From: a virus
Lineage: Duplodnaviria > Caudoviricetes
DNA length: 57,172 nucleotides
Reading direction: 5' to 3' (one strand)
Virus record (IMG/VR): IMGVR_UViG_3300033182_000558
Span: 1 to 57,172 of that record
Each line of letters begins with the position of its first letter. Position 1 is the first letter of the stretch. This document shows positions 30,041 to 38,774 of the stretch, piece after piece. The position numbers and the translations under genes are program-made. The notes beneath the pieces are model-generated. The model saw nothing but the letters and a program-made list of their open reading frames with translations. It had not been told where the DNA came from and ran no database searches.

Positions 30041-31965
30041 TGAAACGTATTATATCATTTGTCCAACCCAACTTTAAACAAGGGCCGGGTGGTATTGCAT
30101 CATACTTACCATATAGTTGTGGTTTGTTATGGTCTCACGCCCTAACAAATGATATAGTAAAAGAAAACTACCAACTTCATAAATTTGTTTATAAACGAGA
30201 ACCATTGGATGAGTTGGCACAAGACTTATCCAATAGTACGGTAGTTGCGTTTTCTACATATGTTTGGAACCGAAACTATAACTTTACACTCGCTCAAAAG
30301 ATAAAAGACATAAACCCAAATGTCTTTACAGTATTTGGTGGGCCAGAACCACCAATAACCGACCCTAATATTTTTAATGATGTAATGCCATTTTGTGATG
30401 TGGTTGTAAAACAAGAGGGTGAGTTTGTTTTCACATCATTACTTGACCGTTTAGTATCAAGTGGTGATTATATGGATGTGAAGGGACTGTTGATAAATGT
30501 TGAGGGGTTACGAGTTGATACAGGTGATTCAGTACGTATTGAGACATTAGACGATGTACCATCACCGTACTTAACAGGTATTTTTGATGACATACTACCA
30601 TTAGAAAAAGAATGGAATGGTACATTAGAAACAAACCGAGGATGTCCTTACAAATGTACGTTCTGTGATTGGGGTTCTCTAACATACAGTAGAATGAAAA
30701 AATTTGGAATAGACCGTGTGTTTGATGAGATAGAATGGATGGGTAAAAACAAGATAGGTTATTTGGATGTCGCCGATTCCAACTTTGGTTTGTTTGTAGA
30801 ACGTGATAATCTCATAGTGGATAAGTTGATTGAGGTACAAAAGAAATATGGGTTTCCATACCGAACAGGTTGGAGTTGGGCTAAGAACCAAAAGTCAGAG
30901 GTTGTTGGAATAGCTAAAAAGTTAATTGAGAGTGGACACTTTAACAACGGACTAACCATATCATTACAGAGTCTTGATGAGAATACCCTAAAGACTATCA
31001 AACGACACAATATGGGTGTGAATAAAATAAACGAGATATTCTATGAGTGTAAGAAAGAGGGAGTGCCATTAAATGTTGAGTTGATAGTTGGGTTGCCGGG
31101 TGAAACATTAGAAACGTGGGAGGACACATTGTATGGTGTGTTTGAGGTCGGACAACACGATAGTATAGAAGTCTGGCAAGCACAAATATTAGAAAATGCT
31201 GAGATGAACTTATCTCAACGTAAAGAGTTTAGTATTAAAGGTATGAAAGTTGCTGACTACTTCCCCAATGGTGTAGATAATGAAGCACCTGAATATAGTG
31301 AGATAGTAACTGAAACATCAACAATGAGTTTAGATGAAATGGTTGAAGCGTATAAACTGTCGTGGTTTCTTATAACGTGGCACACAGGTGGATTCTCACA
31401 ATACATTTCACGATTTTTAAGACGATACAAAGATATACCATACAAAAAGTTTTATACCGATTTTAGAAAGTATTTACAGACAGATTCTTTTTGGAAACAA
31501 CAAGAAGATGAAATGACTACTGTAATAAAGAATTGGTATGTTGATGGGTTAGAGATACAAAAGAAAATAGGTGGTGTTGATATATCCGCGGCAACAAATC
31601 AATATAGAACATTATTTACAATACACAATAATTCTATGTATGATTATATTTATATGTTAGTGGATAAGTTCTTAAAAAGTTATGAGTTGTCGGATGACTT
31701 ATATAACGATTTGACACGACTGAATAAATGTGTAGTTACAAAACACAATGATATATCGGACTATACGGTTGGACTTAATAATACCATATTCACATACATA
31801 ACTGATACAGAATCACCACTACAAAATAACAAAGAAGTTATTGATGTGTATTATCCACACGACCCAATAAAAAGTAAAGATATAGATTGGTTTATGGAAA
31901 GTATATTCTACGCTAGACGAAGAAGTTTTGGTAAGAATTATCTAAGGAAAAGTTATGAAAATTGA
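30040..31965 (+). CDS. Cobalamin-binding radical SAM protein
   Basis: N-terminal B12 domain (AFSTYVWN...VFGGP...QEGE), PSPYL, ETNRGCPYKCTFCDWG, ELIVGLPGET. Confidence 0.92.
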   Translation: MKRIISFVQPNFKQGPGGIASYLPYSCGLLWSHALTNDIVKENYQLHKFVYKREPLDELAQDLSNSTVVAFSTYVWNRNYNFTLAQKIKDINPNVFTVFGGPEPPITDPNIFNDVMPFCDVVVKQEGEFVFTSLLDRLVSSGDYMDVKGLLINVEGLRVDTGDSVRIETLDDVPSPYLTGIFDDILPLEKEWNGTLETNRGCPYKCTFCDWGSLTYSRMKKFGIDRVFDEIEWMGKNKIGYLDVADSNFGLFVERDNLIVDKLIEVQKKYGFPYRTGWSWAKNQKSEVVGIAKKLIESGHFNNGLTISLQSLDENTLKTIKRHNMGVNKINEIFYECKKEGVPLNVELIVGLPGETLETWEDTLYGVFEVGQHDSIEVWQAQILENAEMNLSQRKEFSIKGMKVADYFPNGVDNEAPEYSEIVTETSTMSLDEMVEAYKLSWFLITWHTGGFSQYISRFLRRYKDIPYKKFYTDFRKYLQTDSFWKQQEDEMTTVIKNWYVDGLEIQKKIGGVDISAATNQYRTLFTIHNNSMYDYIYMLVDKFLKSYELSDDLYNDLTRLNKCVVTKHNDISDYTVGLNNTIFTYITDTESPLQNNKEVIDVYYPHDPIKSKDIDWFMESIFYARRRSFGKNYLRKSYEN

Positions 31966-32737
31966 TATAAACGGTAAAAATTATTTAGTAACATCGGGGT
32001 GTTCATTCACAGATGGATTTCATATGGGTGAAAAAGGTAGTTGGGCGTATTACCTAGCCAACTCTCTTGGGTTAGAACTACATAATCAAGCAAGAGGTGG
32101 TAGTGGTAATGAATATATCGCAGACTCTGTGATTTACTATTTAGAAAATAATAGACATCTTTTGGAAAAAAGTATTGTTGGTATCGCTTGGTCTGACCCT
32201 AGTAGATTAATGAGTAGTATTTTTTGTTCGGATAATATGGGAGAATATTTAATACTTGATACTGTACAACCCCAAGACTTTTTAAAAGGTGAAAAGTATT
32301 ATGAATATAAAGATGCTAGAATATTTTTTTCTGATGTATTATTTTGTTATTACAAATCATATATGGCAATTCATAAATTAACAAACTTTCTTAATTTGTT
32401 TAACATACCATATTTTTTTATTGACGCAATATCACCAATAAAGTTAGAAATAAATTCAGATGTTGACAATCATTCTGTCATTGTTCGGGGTGCAGTTTCA
32501 GAACATAGTAATAATATCAAATATAATTTTAGTGATTATCCACATCATTATCCATTTGTATTAAATAAAAATTTTAATAATATATTATTTAACAACAACC
32601 TAAAGGTTAATGGTTATGATACTATTTTAGAATTTTTATTTACTGATTATGAAAAATACAATAAGGGTAATATAGGTCATCCTAATGACATCGCATCAAA
32701 AGAAATATCACAGTCAATTATAGAACAAATAATATGA
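31955..32737 (+). CDS. SGNH/GDSL-like protein (GCSFT family)
   Basis: SGCSFTDG, NQARGGSGN, WSDPSR, C-terminal GHPN. Confidence 0.65.
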   Translation: MKIDINGKNYLVTSGCSFTDGFHMGEKGSWAYYLANSLGLELHNQARGGSGNEYIADSVIYYLENNRHLLEKSIVGIAWSDPSRLMSSIFCSDNMGEYLILDTVQPQDFLKGEKYYEYKDARIFFSDVLFCYYKSYMAIHKLTNFLNLFNIPYFFIDAISPIKLEINSDVDNHSVIVRGAVSEHSNNIKYNFSDYPHHYPFVLNKNFNNILFNNNLKVNGYDTILEFLFTDYEKYNKGNIGHPNDIASKEISQSIIEQII

Positions 32738-33642
32738 AATACATACTGACAACAGGTTGTTCATTCACAAAGAATAAAAAATTAGACGTAAATAGATTAG
32801 ATGAAGATTTACATAATGATACTCGTGCATCTTGGCCGGAGTTTTTACAAAAAGAATTAGGTGATGACTACAAAGTTCTAAATCTTGGAAATGCAACCAA
32901 TGATAACGTATCAATGGTTCGTATTCTATTGTATCATATTAATAGACTGATTGATGAGGGTATTGATAGTAAAGATATAATCTGTATAACACAATGGTCA
33001 GACCCTGTTAGAGAATCAATTTATGTGGAAAAAGATTACACCGATGAAATGGAACAGTTTGGTCACTTATTGTATTATACTCCAACTTGGAAAACCGATG
33101 GTGGTGTGTTTTACTTGACAGGTGGGTTTTCTCCACCCGATGGCGCAAAAGAACATTTAGGGATAGACAATGCAGTAAAGTATTGGGAACTTGAGGTAAA
33201 TTGGAATAACATACTCAATCAAACAATGAGTTGGTTAGAAGTTTGGTTGTTGTTAGAAAAAACGTGTAAAGAGTTAGGTATAAAAACTTACTATATGAGT
33301 ATGAGAAATCCATATTCACAGGAAACATATGAATGTCATTTTGGTGCACCTGAAAACAATTCTGATATACCCACTAAAAAACTTTGGTTTGATAATTACG
33401 AAATACTAAAACCGTATGTATCAAAATTACCAATAGATACTTCCAATCATTGGCATTATAAAAACTACAATGGACTTTTGGAATGGACTATTGATAATAG
33501 AATTGACGGTGTAGATGTTTTCCAAGAATCACCTAATATGACATATGATGAATATTTAAAAATACAACCAAATGGTTGGGGTCATCCATCTCCACAAATG
33601 ATGGAAAAGTTCGTAAAAGAAGAATTATTACCAATGTTATGA
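32734..33642 (+). CDS. SGNH/GDSL-like protein (GCSFT family)
   Basis: TGCSFT, SWP, NLG...N, QWSDPVR, GHPS. Confidence 0.65.
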   Translation: MKYILTTGCSFTKNKKLDVNRLDEDLHNDTRASWPEFLQKELGDDYKVLNLGNATNDNVSMVRILLYHINRLIDEGIDSKDIICITQWSDPVRESIYVEKDYTDEMEQFGHLLYYTPTWKTDGGVFYLTGGFSPPDGAKEHLGIDNAVKYWELEVNWNNILNQTMSWLEVWLLLEKTCKELGIKTYYMSMRNPYSQETYECHFGAPENNSDIPTKKLWFDNYEILKPYVSKLPIDTSNHWHYKNYNGLLEWTIDNRIDGVDVFQESPNMTYDEYLKIQPNGWGHPSPQMMEKFVKEELLPML

Positions 33643-34775
33643 TACACGTTCACGAGTATAAAGAGTTTCAATATGCACCATCAAGTAAATATGACCCAAG
33701 TTATGTTGACTTAGAACGATTGGTTTATTTACTAGACTTACCTGATGTACAGTATACCGAGTTTAAAAATAAACTGACTAAATCAGAAATTTATAATTTT
33801 GTAAAGACCAAGAGTCCTAGGGTTTATTTTTTAAATGCCGATTTGTTTTCACATTACAACCCTGATGATATATTTGACATATCAGATTCATTCCCTGAAA
33901 CATTGTTTGTTTTCTTTGACCACGAGACACACAACTTCACATACAGAACAAAACCATCTAATAATTGTATTTTAATTACAAACTCTGTTGAAGATTATGA
34001 GGTAACAAAAAACAGTAACATTTATAATTACTATTTTCTAAATTCAGGATTACAGGGTGAATATAATAATTTTATGATTGAGTTGTTCAATAACAGTTAT
34101 TTTATAAAACGATTTAAAAAATACAACTTTTTCAATGGAGTACACAAACCTCATAGATTGGCTTGTTATGAGTTGATTAAAAAAAATGACTTAATTGACG
34201 AGGGTTATTTTTCTTATATGGATTACACCCGTTCTTTGGGAACACCTGAAGAAAAACACGAAGTTATGAACTTTTTTGGGTTTGATGAAAACGAATATAC
34301 TAAATACATTTCACAGTTTGAAATACCATATTTATGTGATACTAATGAACCCGACCCAAATGTATATAAAGCATTTTTAGTACCACCTCAACTATCACTA
34401 ACAAGTTACTTTTATATTACAACAGAAACACGATTTATTATACGTGATGCGGTGTCAACATCTGAAAAAGCGTATAAAGGATTTTTGGGATTTAATATAC
34501 CATTGATATTTGGTCAACGTAGATTAAATGAATATTTACGTGATATGAATTTTGATATGTTTGATGACTTTTTTGATAATACATTGTGTGTTGATGATAA
34601 AGAAATGTACGAACAGTTTGATAAGAATTTGAAGAAAATAAAAGAAATGAGTTTACAGGATATACATTTATTTTATTTAGATAATTTTAGACGATTAGAA
34701 AATAATTTTACTTCAATGATACACTCTGCAAACAGTCAATTAAAAGATATAAGAAATATATGTTTAAAGTTTTAA
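33639..34775 (+). CDS. 'TEK' family protein, copy 4
   Basis: FFNGVHKPHR, ITTET...TSEKAYKG...PLIFG...FDMFDDFFD. Likely start ATG 33639. Confidence 0.55.
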   Translation: MIHVHEYKEFQYAPSSKYDPSYVDLERLVYLLDLPDVQYTEFKNKLTKSEIYNFVKTKSPRVYFLNADLFSHYNPDDIFDISDSFPETLFVFFDHETHNFTYRTKPSNNCILITNSVEDYEVTKNSNIYNYYFLNSGLQGEYNNFMIELFNNSYFIKRFKKYNFFNGVHKPHRLACYELIKKNDLIDEGYFSYMDYTRSLGTPEEKHEVMNFFGFDENEYTKYISQFEIPYLCDTNEPDPNVYKAFLVPPQLSLTSYFYITTETRFIIRDAVSTSEKAYKGFLGFNIPLIFGQRRLNEYLRDMNFDMFDDFFDNTLCVDDKEMYEQFDKNLKKIKEMSLQDIHLFYLDNFRRLENNFTSMIHSANSQLKDIRNICLKF

Positions 34776-35863
34776 ATTATGGGGGAAATTCTCCTAGATT
34801 ATTCAGTATGTTATACCGACCATCCGACCAACGAGATGGGGTGTTTGATATAATCATAATTGATAGAGATGATTTACAAAATGATATGGAGGATGTACTC
34901 AAGTATTCTCACAAAGACACCAAAATATTAGTTGACATTGTTAGTGAAAGTGGTTGTATAACTGACTTTTTCAATGAATACAATAGAGTAGTAGAACAGT
35001 ATAACGAATATAAGTTCTTTTTAGTATCAGATTTTGACTCACCTATTAGAAAAGAATATCATAACAGTACTGTTTTAATAAAGAGAGAACTTGCTAATTT
35101 TTTATATTTTGGTACACCATATACCGATTCATATTGGGATTGTTTTGAATTACAACCTAACCAACATAGAGAAAACTCTATTATGTGTTTCAACGGCAGT
35201 GCTCGTGCTAGTAGAGTTTTATTACTATCACACTTTTTAAAAAATAATTTGATTGATAAAATTAGATGCAGTTTTAAATTCTATGACCATTACGATGAAA
35301 CTAAATTAAATGAAAAAATATATAACGAATTAGTTGATGGGTTATTACGTGATAAATATATTAATAAAACCGAACACACCCAACTACTAGACTATAAAAA
35401 CAATTTACCATTGAATTATGATAATTTTGAAATGGCGAATAGAAAGGTTAGACAAGAAGTATATTGTTCTATCTTTAATGTAGTTACAGAAAATACGTAT
35501 GGTAGTTTTTCTTGTGACGATATTAAAGACACTAACACATTCACCGAGAAAACATTTAAACCATTTATGATGGAACAAATACCCATTTTTGTTACACAAC
35601 CGTACCACGTTAAACTTTTACGAGAAATTGGTTATGATGTTTTTGATGATATAATTGACCACTCATATGATGAAGAACCCGATGAGAAAAAAAGGATGGA
35701 ACTTATTATTGAAGAAATTAAAAAAACACTTGACACGGATGGAGTATCTTTTTATTATGAGAACATAGAACGATTTTTACACAACCGTGAATTAACGTAT
35801 CAACATACACACGACGGGTACAAATATCTTAAAGAATTTTTAAAACAAAATAATTTACTTTGA
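34760..35863 (+). CDS. 'TEK' family protein, copy 5
   Basis: MCFNGSARASR, FNVVTEN...FTEKTFKPF...IPIF...GYDVFDDIIDHSYD. Confidence 0.6.
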   Translation: MFKVLNYGGNSPRLFSMLYRPSDQRDGVFDIIIIDRDDLQNDMEDVLKYSHKDTKILVDIVSESGCITDFFNEYNRVVEQYNEYKFFLVSDFDSPIRKEYHNSTVLIKRELANFLYFGTPYTDSYWDCFELQPNQHRENSIMCFNGSARASRVLLLSHFLKNNLIDKIRCSFKFYDHYDETKLNEKIYNELVDGLLRDKYINKTEHTQLLDYKNNLPLNYDNFEMANRKVRQEVYCSIFNVVTENTYGSFSCDDIKDTNTFTEKTFKPFMMEQIPIFVTQPYHVKLLREIGYDVFDDIIDHSYDEEPDEKKRMELIIEEIKKTLDTDGVSFYYENIERFLHNRELTYQHTHDGYKYLKEFLKQNNLL

Positions 35864-36582
35864 CAGGTTTATATACAATAGGTGATTCTGTTTGTTGGGG
35901 TGCTGAATTAGAAAATAAACAAACAGAACGGTTCAGTCATCATATATCAAAACAACTAAACTTGGTTGATTGTAACAACTCCACCGCGGGTATATCTAAC
36001 GACTACATTTTTAGACACATCATTCGTGATGTTTCACATTGGATAGACACCAAAGAACTATGGAGTGAAGAAATGGGTTGGGTTACTGTTGATGATATAT
36101 TTGTTTTAATTGGTTGGACTGCACCCACACGATTTGAATGGTGGAATGGGAATGAATACGAACAAGAAAGACTTTGGGTTGGTTATGACAAATGGGGAGA
36201 CCCCGACCAAGACAGAACAACCGAAGATGAATTTGTGTTGAATCAAACACAACTACTACCATCATACATACGGACAATCAACTACGTATTATGTTTACAG
36301 TCATTTCTTACACACCATAACATCAAACACTATATGTTTAATGTATTCTATGATTATGAATGGGTGGGTGAACCTGAAAACAAAATAGACAAGTTTGGTC
36401 GGGACAAAAACCAATACAGTTTTGAACAAATGTATAGACTTCTTCCCACATCATTCACAGGTGATACGATGTATAATGTAATACGAAATGGTGGATTATT
36501 ACCAAGACGACACCCAACTAAAGACGCTCACCAAATATGGTCTAACTATTTAATTGACAACGGTGTATTTAATGAACTCTAA
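35860..36582 (+). CDS. SGNH/GDSL-like protein (DUF6071-like)
   Basis: IGDSVCWGAEL, AGISN, IGWTAPTR, RHPTKDAH. Confidence 0.65.
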   Translation: MTGLYTIGDSVCWGAELENKQTERFSHHISKQLNLVDCNNSTAGISNDYIFRHIIRDVSHWIDTKELWSEEMGWVTVDDIFVLIGWTAPTRFEWWNGNEYEQERLWVGYDKWGDPDQDRTTEDEFVLNQTQLLPSYIRTINYVLCLQSFLTHHNIKHYMFNVFYDYEWVGEPENKIDKFGRDKNQYSFEQMYRLLPTSFTGDTMYNVIRNGGLLPRRHPTKDAHQIWSNYLIDNGVFNEL

Positions 36583-37237
36583 ACCAAATATGATATATTA
36601 CCCACTATACCCGATAAATGACCCGTGGGATTGGGTTACTCATTTTGAGAGGGAAGTATCAACTTACTGTGGGTATAAGTATGGTGTGGCGTGTGATTCT
36701 AACTCAAACGCAATACGACTAATGTTACACTACCTCAACATCACAGACTGTGACATTGAAATACCATCTAACACTTATGTATCAGTTCCCAATCAAATTA
36801 TTTTAAGTGGAAACAGACCAAAGTTTGAAGACATCAAATGGGAGGGATTATACCCAATTGGGGATACAGGTATTATTGACGCGGCTACATCATTTCACAA
36901 AGATATGAGTAGGGGGTATGAGGACAAGTATATGATACTTTCATTTCATCTAAAAAAGATACTAAATATAGGTAAAGGTGGAATGATACTCACCAACGAT
37001 AAAGACTTTGTTGAATGGAGTAGACCGATGGTATACGATGGACGACACAAAGACAAACTATACCAAGATGATGAATTTGAGTGTATAGGGTGGCATATGT
37101 ATATGACCCCCGAGGATGCCAAAAAAGGTTTAGACATATTCAATTCAGGTGAAATAAAAGACTATAACGAACCTGTTGGCAGTAGTGAAACATACAAAGA
37201 CTTACGAGAACAAAAAATATACAAACAGTATTTATGA
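36572..37237 (+). CDS. DegT/DnrJ/EryC1/StrS PLP-dependent aminotransferase (short form)
   Basis: FEREV, PSNTYVSV, IIDAA, LSFHLKKILNIGKGGMILTND. Confidence 0.85.
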   Translation: MNSKPNMIYYPLYPINDPWDWVTHFEREVSTYCGYKYGVACDSNSNAIRLMLHYLNITDCDIEIPSNTYVSVPNQIILSGNRPKFEDIKWEGLYPIGDTGIIDAATSFHKDMSRGYEDKYMILSFHLKKILNIGKGGMILTNDKDFVEWSRPMVYDGRHKDKLYQDDEFECIGWHMYMTPEDAKKGLDIFNSGEIKDYNEPVGSSETYKDLREQKIYKQYL

Positions 37238-37641
37238 AGATTTGGATAAACGGTTGTTTTGATATATTACATCACGGACATTTTCAGATGATTAGATATG
37301 CACGTTCACTTGGTGATGAACTAGTTGTGGGTATAGATACCGATGAACGAGTTAAACAATTAAAAGGAGAAGACCGACCATACCACACTCACGCTCAACG
37401 TAAGTATAATCTTTACCGACTAAAAGACGTAACCAAAGTTGTTATGTTTGGTAGTGATGAAGAATTGATATGGCACATCAAAAACGAGAACCCCCACACT
37501 ATGGTTATTGGGTCAGACTACAAAGATAAAAAAATTATTGGATTTGACTTATTTAAAAATATTGTTTATTTTGACAGAAACCATAACTTTAGTACAACAA
37601 ATATTATTTCATATGAAAATAGAACAACCAAAGATAGTTAG
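37234..37641 (+). CDS. HldE/RfaE domain II-type cytidylyltransferase-family nucleotidyltransferase
   Basis: NGCFDILHHGH, LVVGIDTDERVKQLKGEDRP, GSDY, FSTT. Confidence 0.88.
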   Translation: MKIWINGCFDILHHGHFQMIRYARSLGDELVVGIDTDERVKQLKGEDRPYHTHAQRKYNLYRLKDVTKVVMFGSDEELIWHIKNENPHTMVIGSDYKDKKIIGFDLFKNIVYFDRNHNFSTTNIISYENRTTKDS

Positions 37642-38005
37642 TAAATCTTGGGGATATGAAAAATGGATTCATAATGATGAGGAATATTGTGGTAAACTAC
37701 TAGTATTTCCAAACGAAGGAAACTACTTTTCAATGCACTACCACTTGAAGAAAAAAGAAACGTGGTATGTTCAAAGTGGTTCGTTTGAGTTACGATATAT
37801 TGATACAGAAAATGGGGAATGTAATTCGTTGATACTAAATAGTGGTGTAACCATTACCGTTGAACGGGGACAACCACATCAACTAATCGCACTTGAAGAT
37901 AATTCAATTATGTTTGAAGTATCAACCGAACACTTTGATGACGATAGTTACAGAATAACAAGAGAAAAATACGAGTCATATGAAGATATTAGTAATAGGG
38001 GATAG
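37613..38005 (+). CDS. Cupin-domain sugar isomerase-like protein
   Basis: KSWGYEKWI...SMHYHLKKKETWYV...HQL...EVST. Confidence 0.85.
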   Translation: MKIEQPKIVSKSWGYEKWIHNDEEYCGKLLVFPNEGNYFSMHYHLKKKETWYVQSGSFELRYIDTENGECNSLILNSGVTITVERGQPHQLIALEDNSIMFEVSTEHFDDDSYRITREKYESYEDISNRG

Positions 38006-38729
38006 TTGCACAGACGTTTTTATTTACGGAACGTGTGATAGGATTTGTCCCGAAGCACCCGTACCTGTGTTTAATCCAACTCGTGAAGTGATGAATATGG
38101 GAATGGCGGGTAATGTATTCGCAAACCTTAGAGGGTTAGGTGCAAGTTTTGTGAATATGATTACCAACAATGACAACATTATAAAAACCCGATATGTAGA
38201 AGAGAAATCAAATCAAATGTTGTTACGAGTGGACGAGGATGATTGGTGTGAGGATAAGTTTAACATAAATGATGTTGACTTTGATAAGTACGATGGTGTT
38301 GTTGTCGCAGACTACGACAAAGGTTACTTATCATTTAAAGACTTGGTTGAGATAGGTAAACGGTCAAAGTGGTCTTTTGTTGATACAAAAAAATACAAAG
38401 ACTTTTCTTATTTTGAGCATTTTGATTTTGTAAAGATGAATGAGGCTGAATGGGAGAAGTGTAGAGCACACGGAGCAAACTACAAAGATGTGGAAGATAA
38501 ACTAATTGTAACCAAATCTCAAAAAGGGTGTACTCACCAAGGAATAACTTACCCTGTTGATACATCAGTAGAGGTTAGAGATGTTAGTGGTGCTGGGGAT
38601 ACGTGGACGGCTTCATTCGTATGGGATTATTTACATAACAAAGATGTCAAACACGCCATTCGTACTGCGAATGAGAATGCTACAAAAGTAGTTCAAAAAC
38701 GTGGTGTGTCTTTCTTATTTTTAGATTAA
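37980..38729 (+). CDS. HldE/RfaE domain I-type PfkB sugar kinase
   Basis: ILVIGDSCTD...RICPEAPVPV...GMAGNV...DYDKG...DVSGAGDT. Confidence 0.9.
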   Translation: MKILVIGDSCTDVFIYGTCDRICPEAPVPVFNPTREVMNMGMAGNVFANLRGLGASFVNMITNNDNIIKTRYVEEKSNQMLLRVDEDDWCEDKFNINDVDFDKYDGVVVADYDKGYLSFKDLVEIGKRSKWSFVDTKKYKDFSYFEHFDFVKMNEAEWEKCRAHGANYKDVEDKLIVTKSQKGCTHQGITYPVDTSVEVRDVSGAGDTWTASFVWDYLHNKDVKHAIRTANENATKVVQKRGVSFLFLD

Positions 38730-38774
38730 ATCATACACTTTGATATTTATATGTATCATTAAACTAATCCGTGT

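Noticed and set aside
5814-38729. Bacterial O-antigen/capsule locus (host contamination or chimera)
   Set aside because: It is flanked seamlessly by phage structural genes, shares their restriction-site avoidance, and lacks wzx/wzy/ABC export genes.
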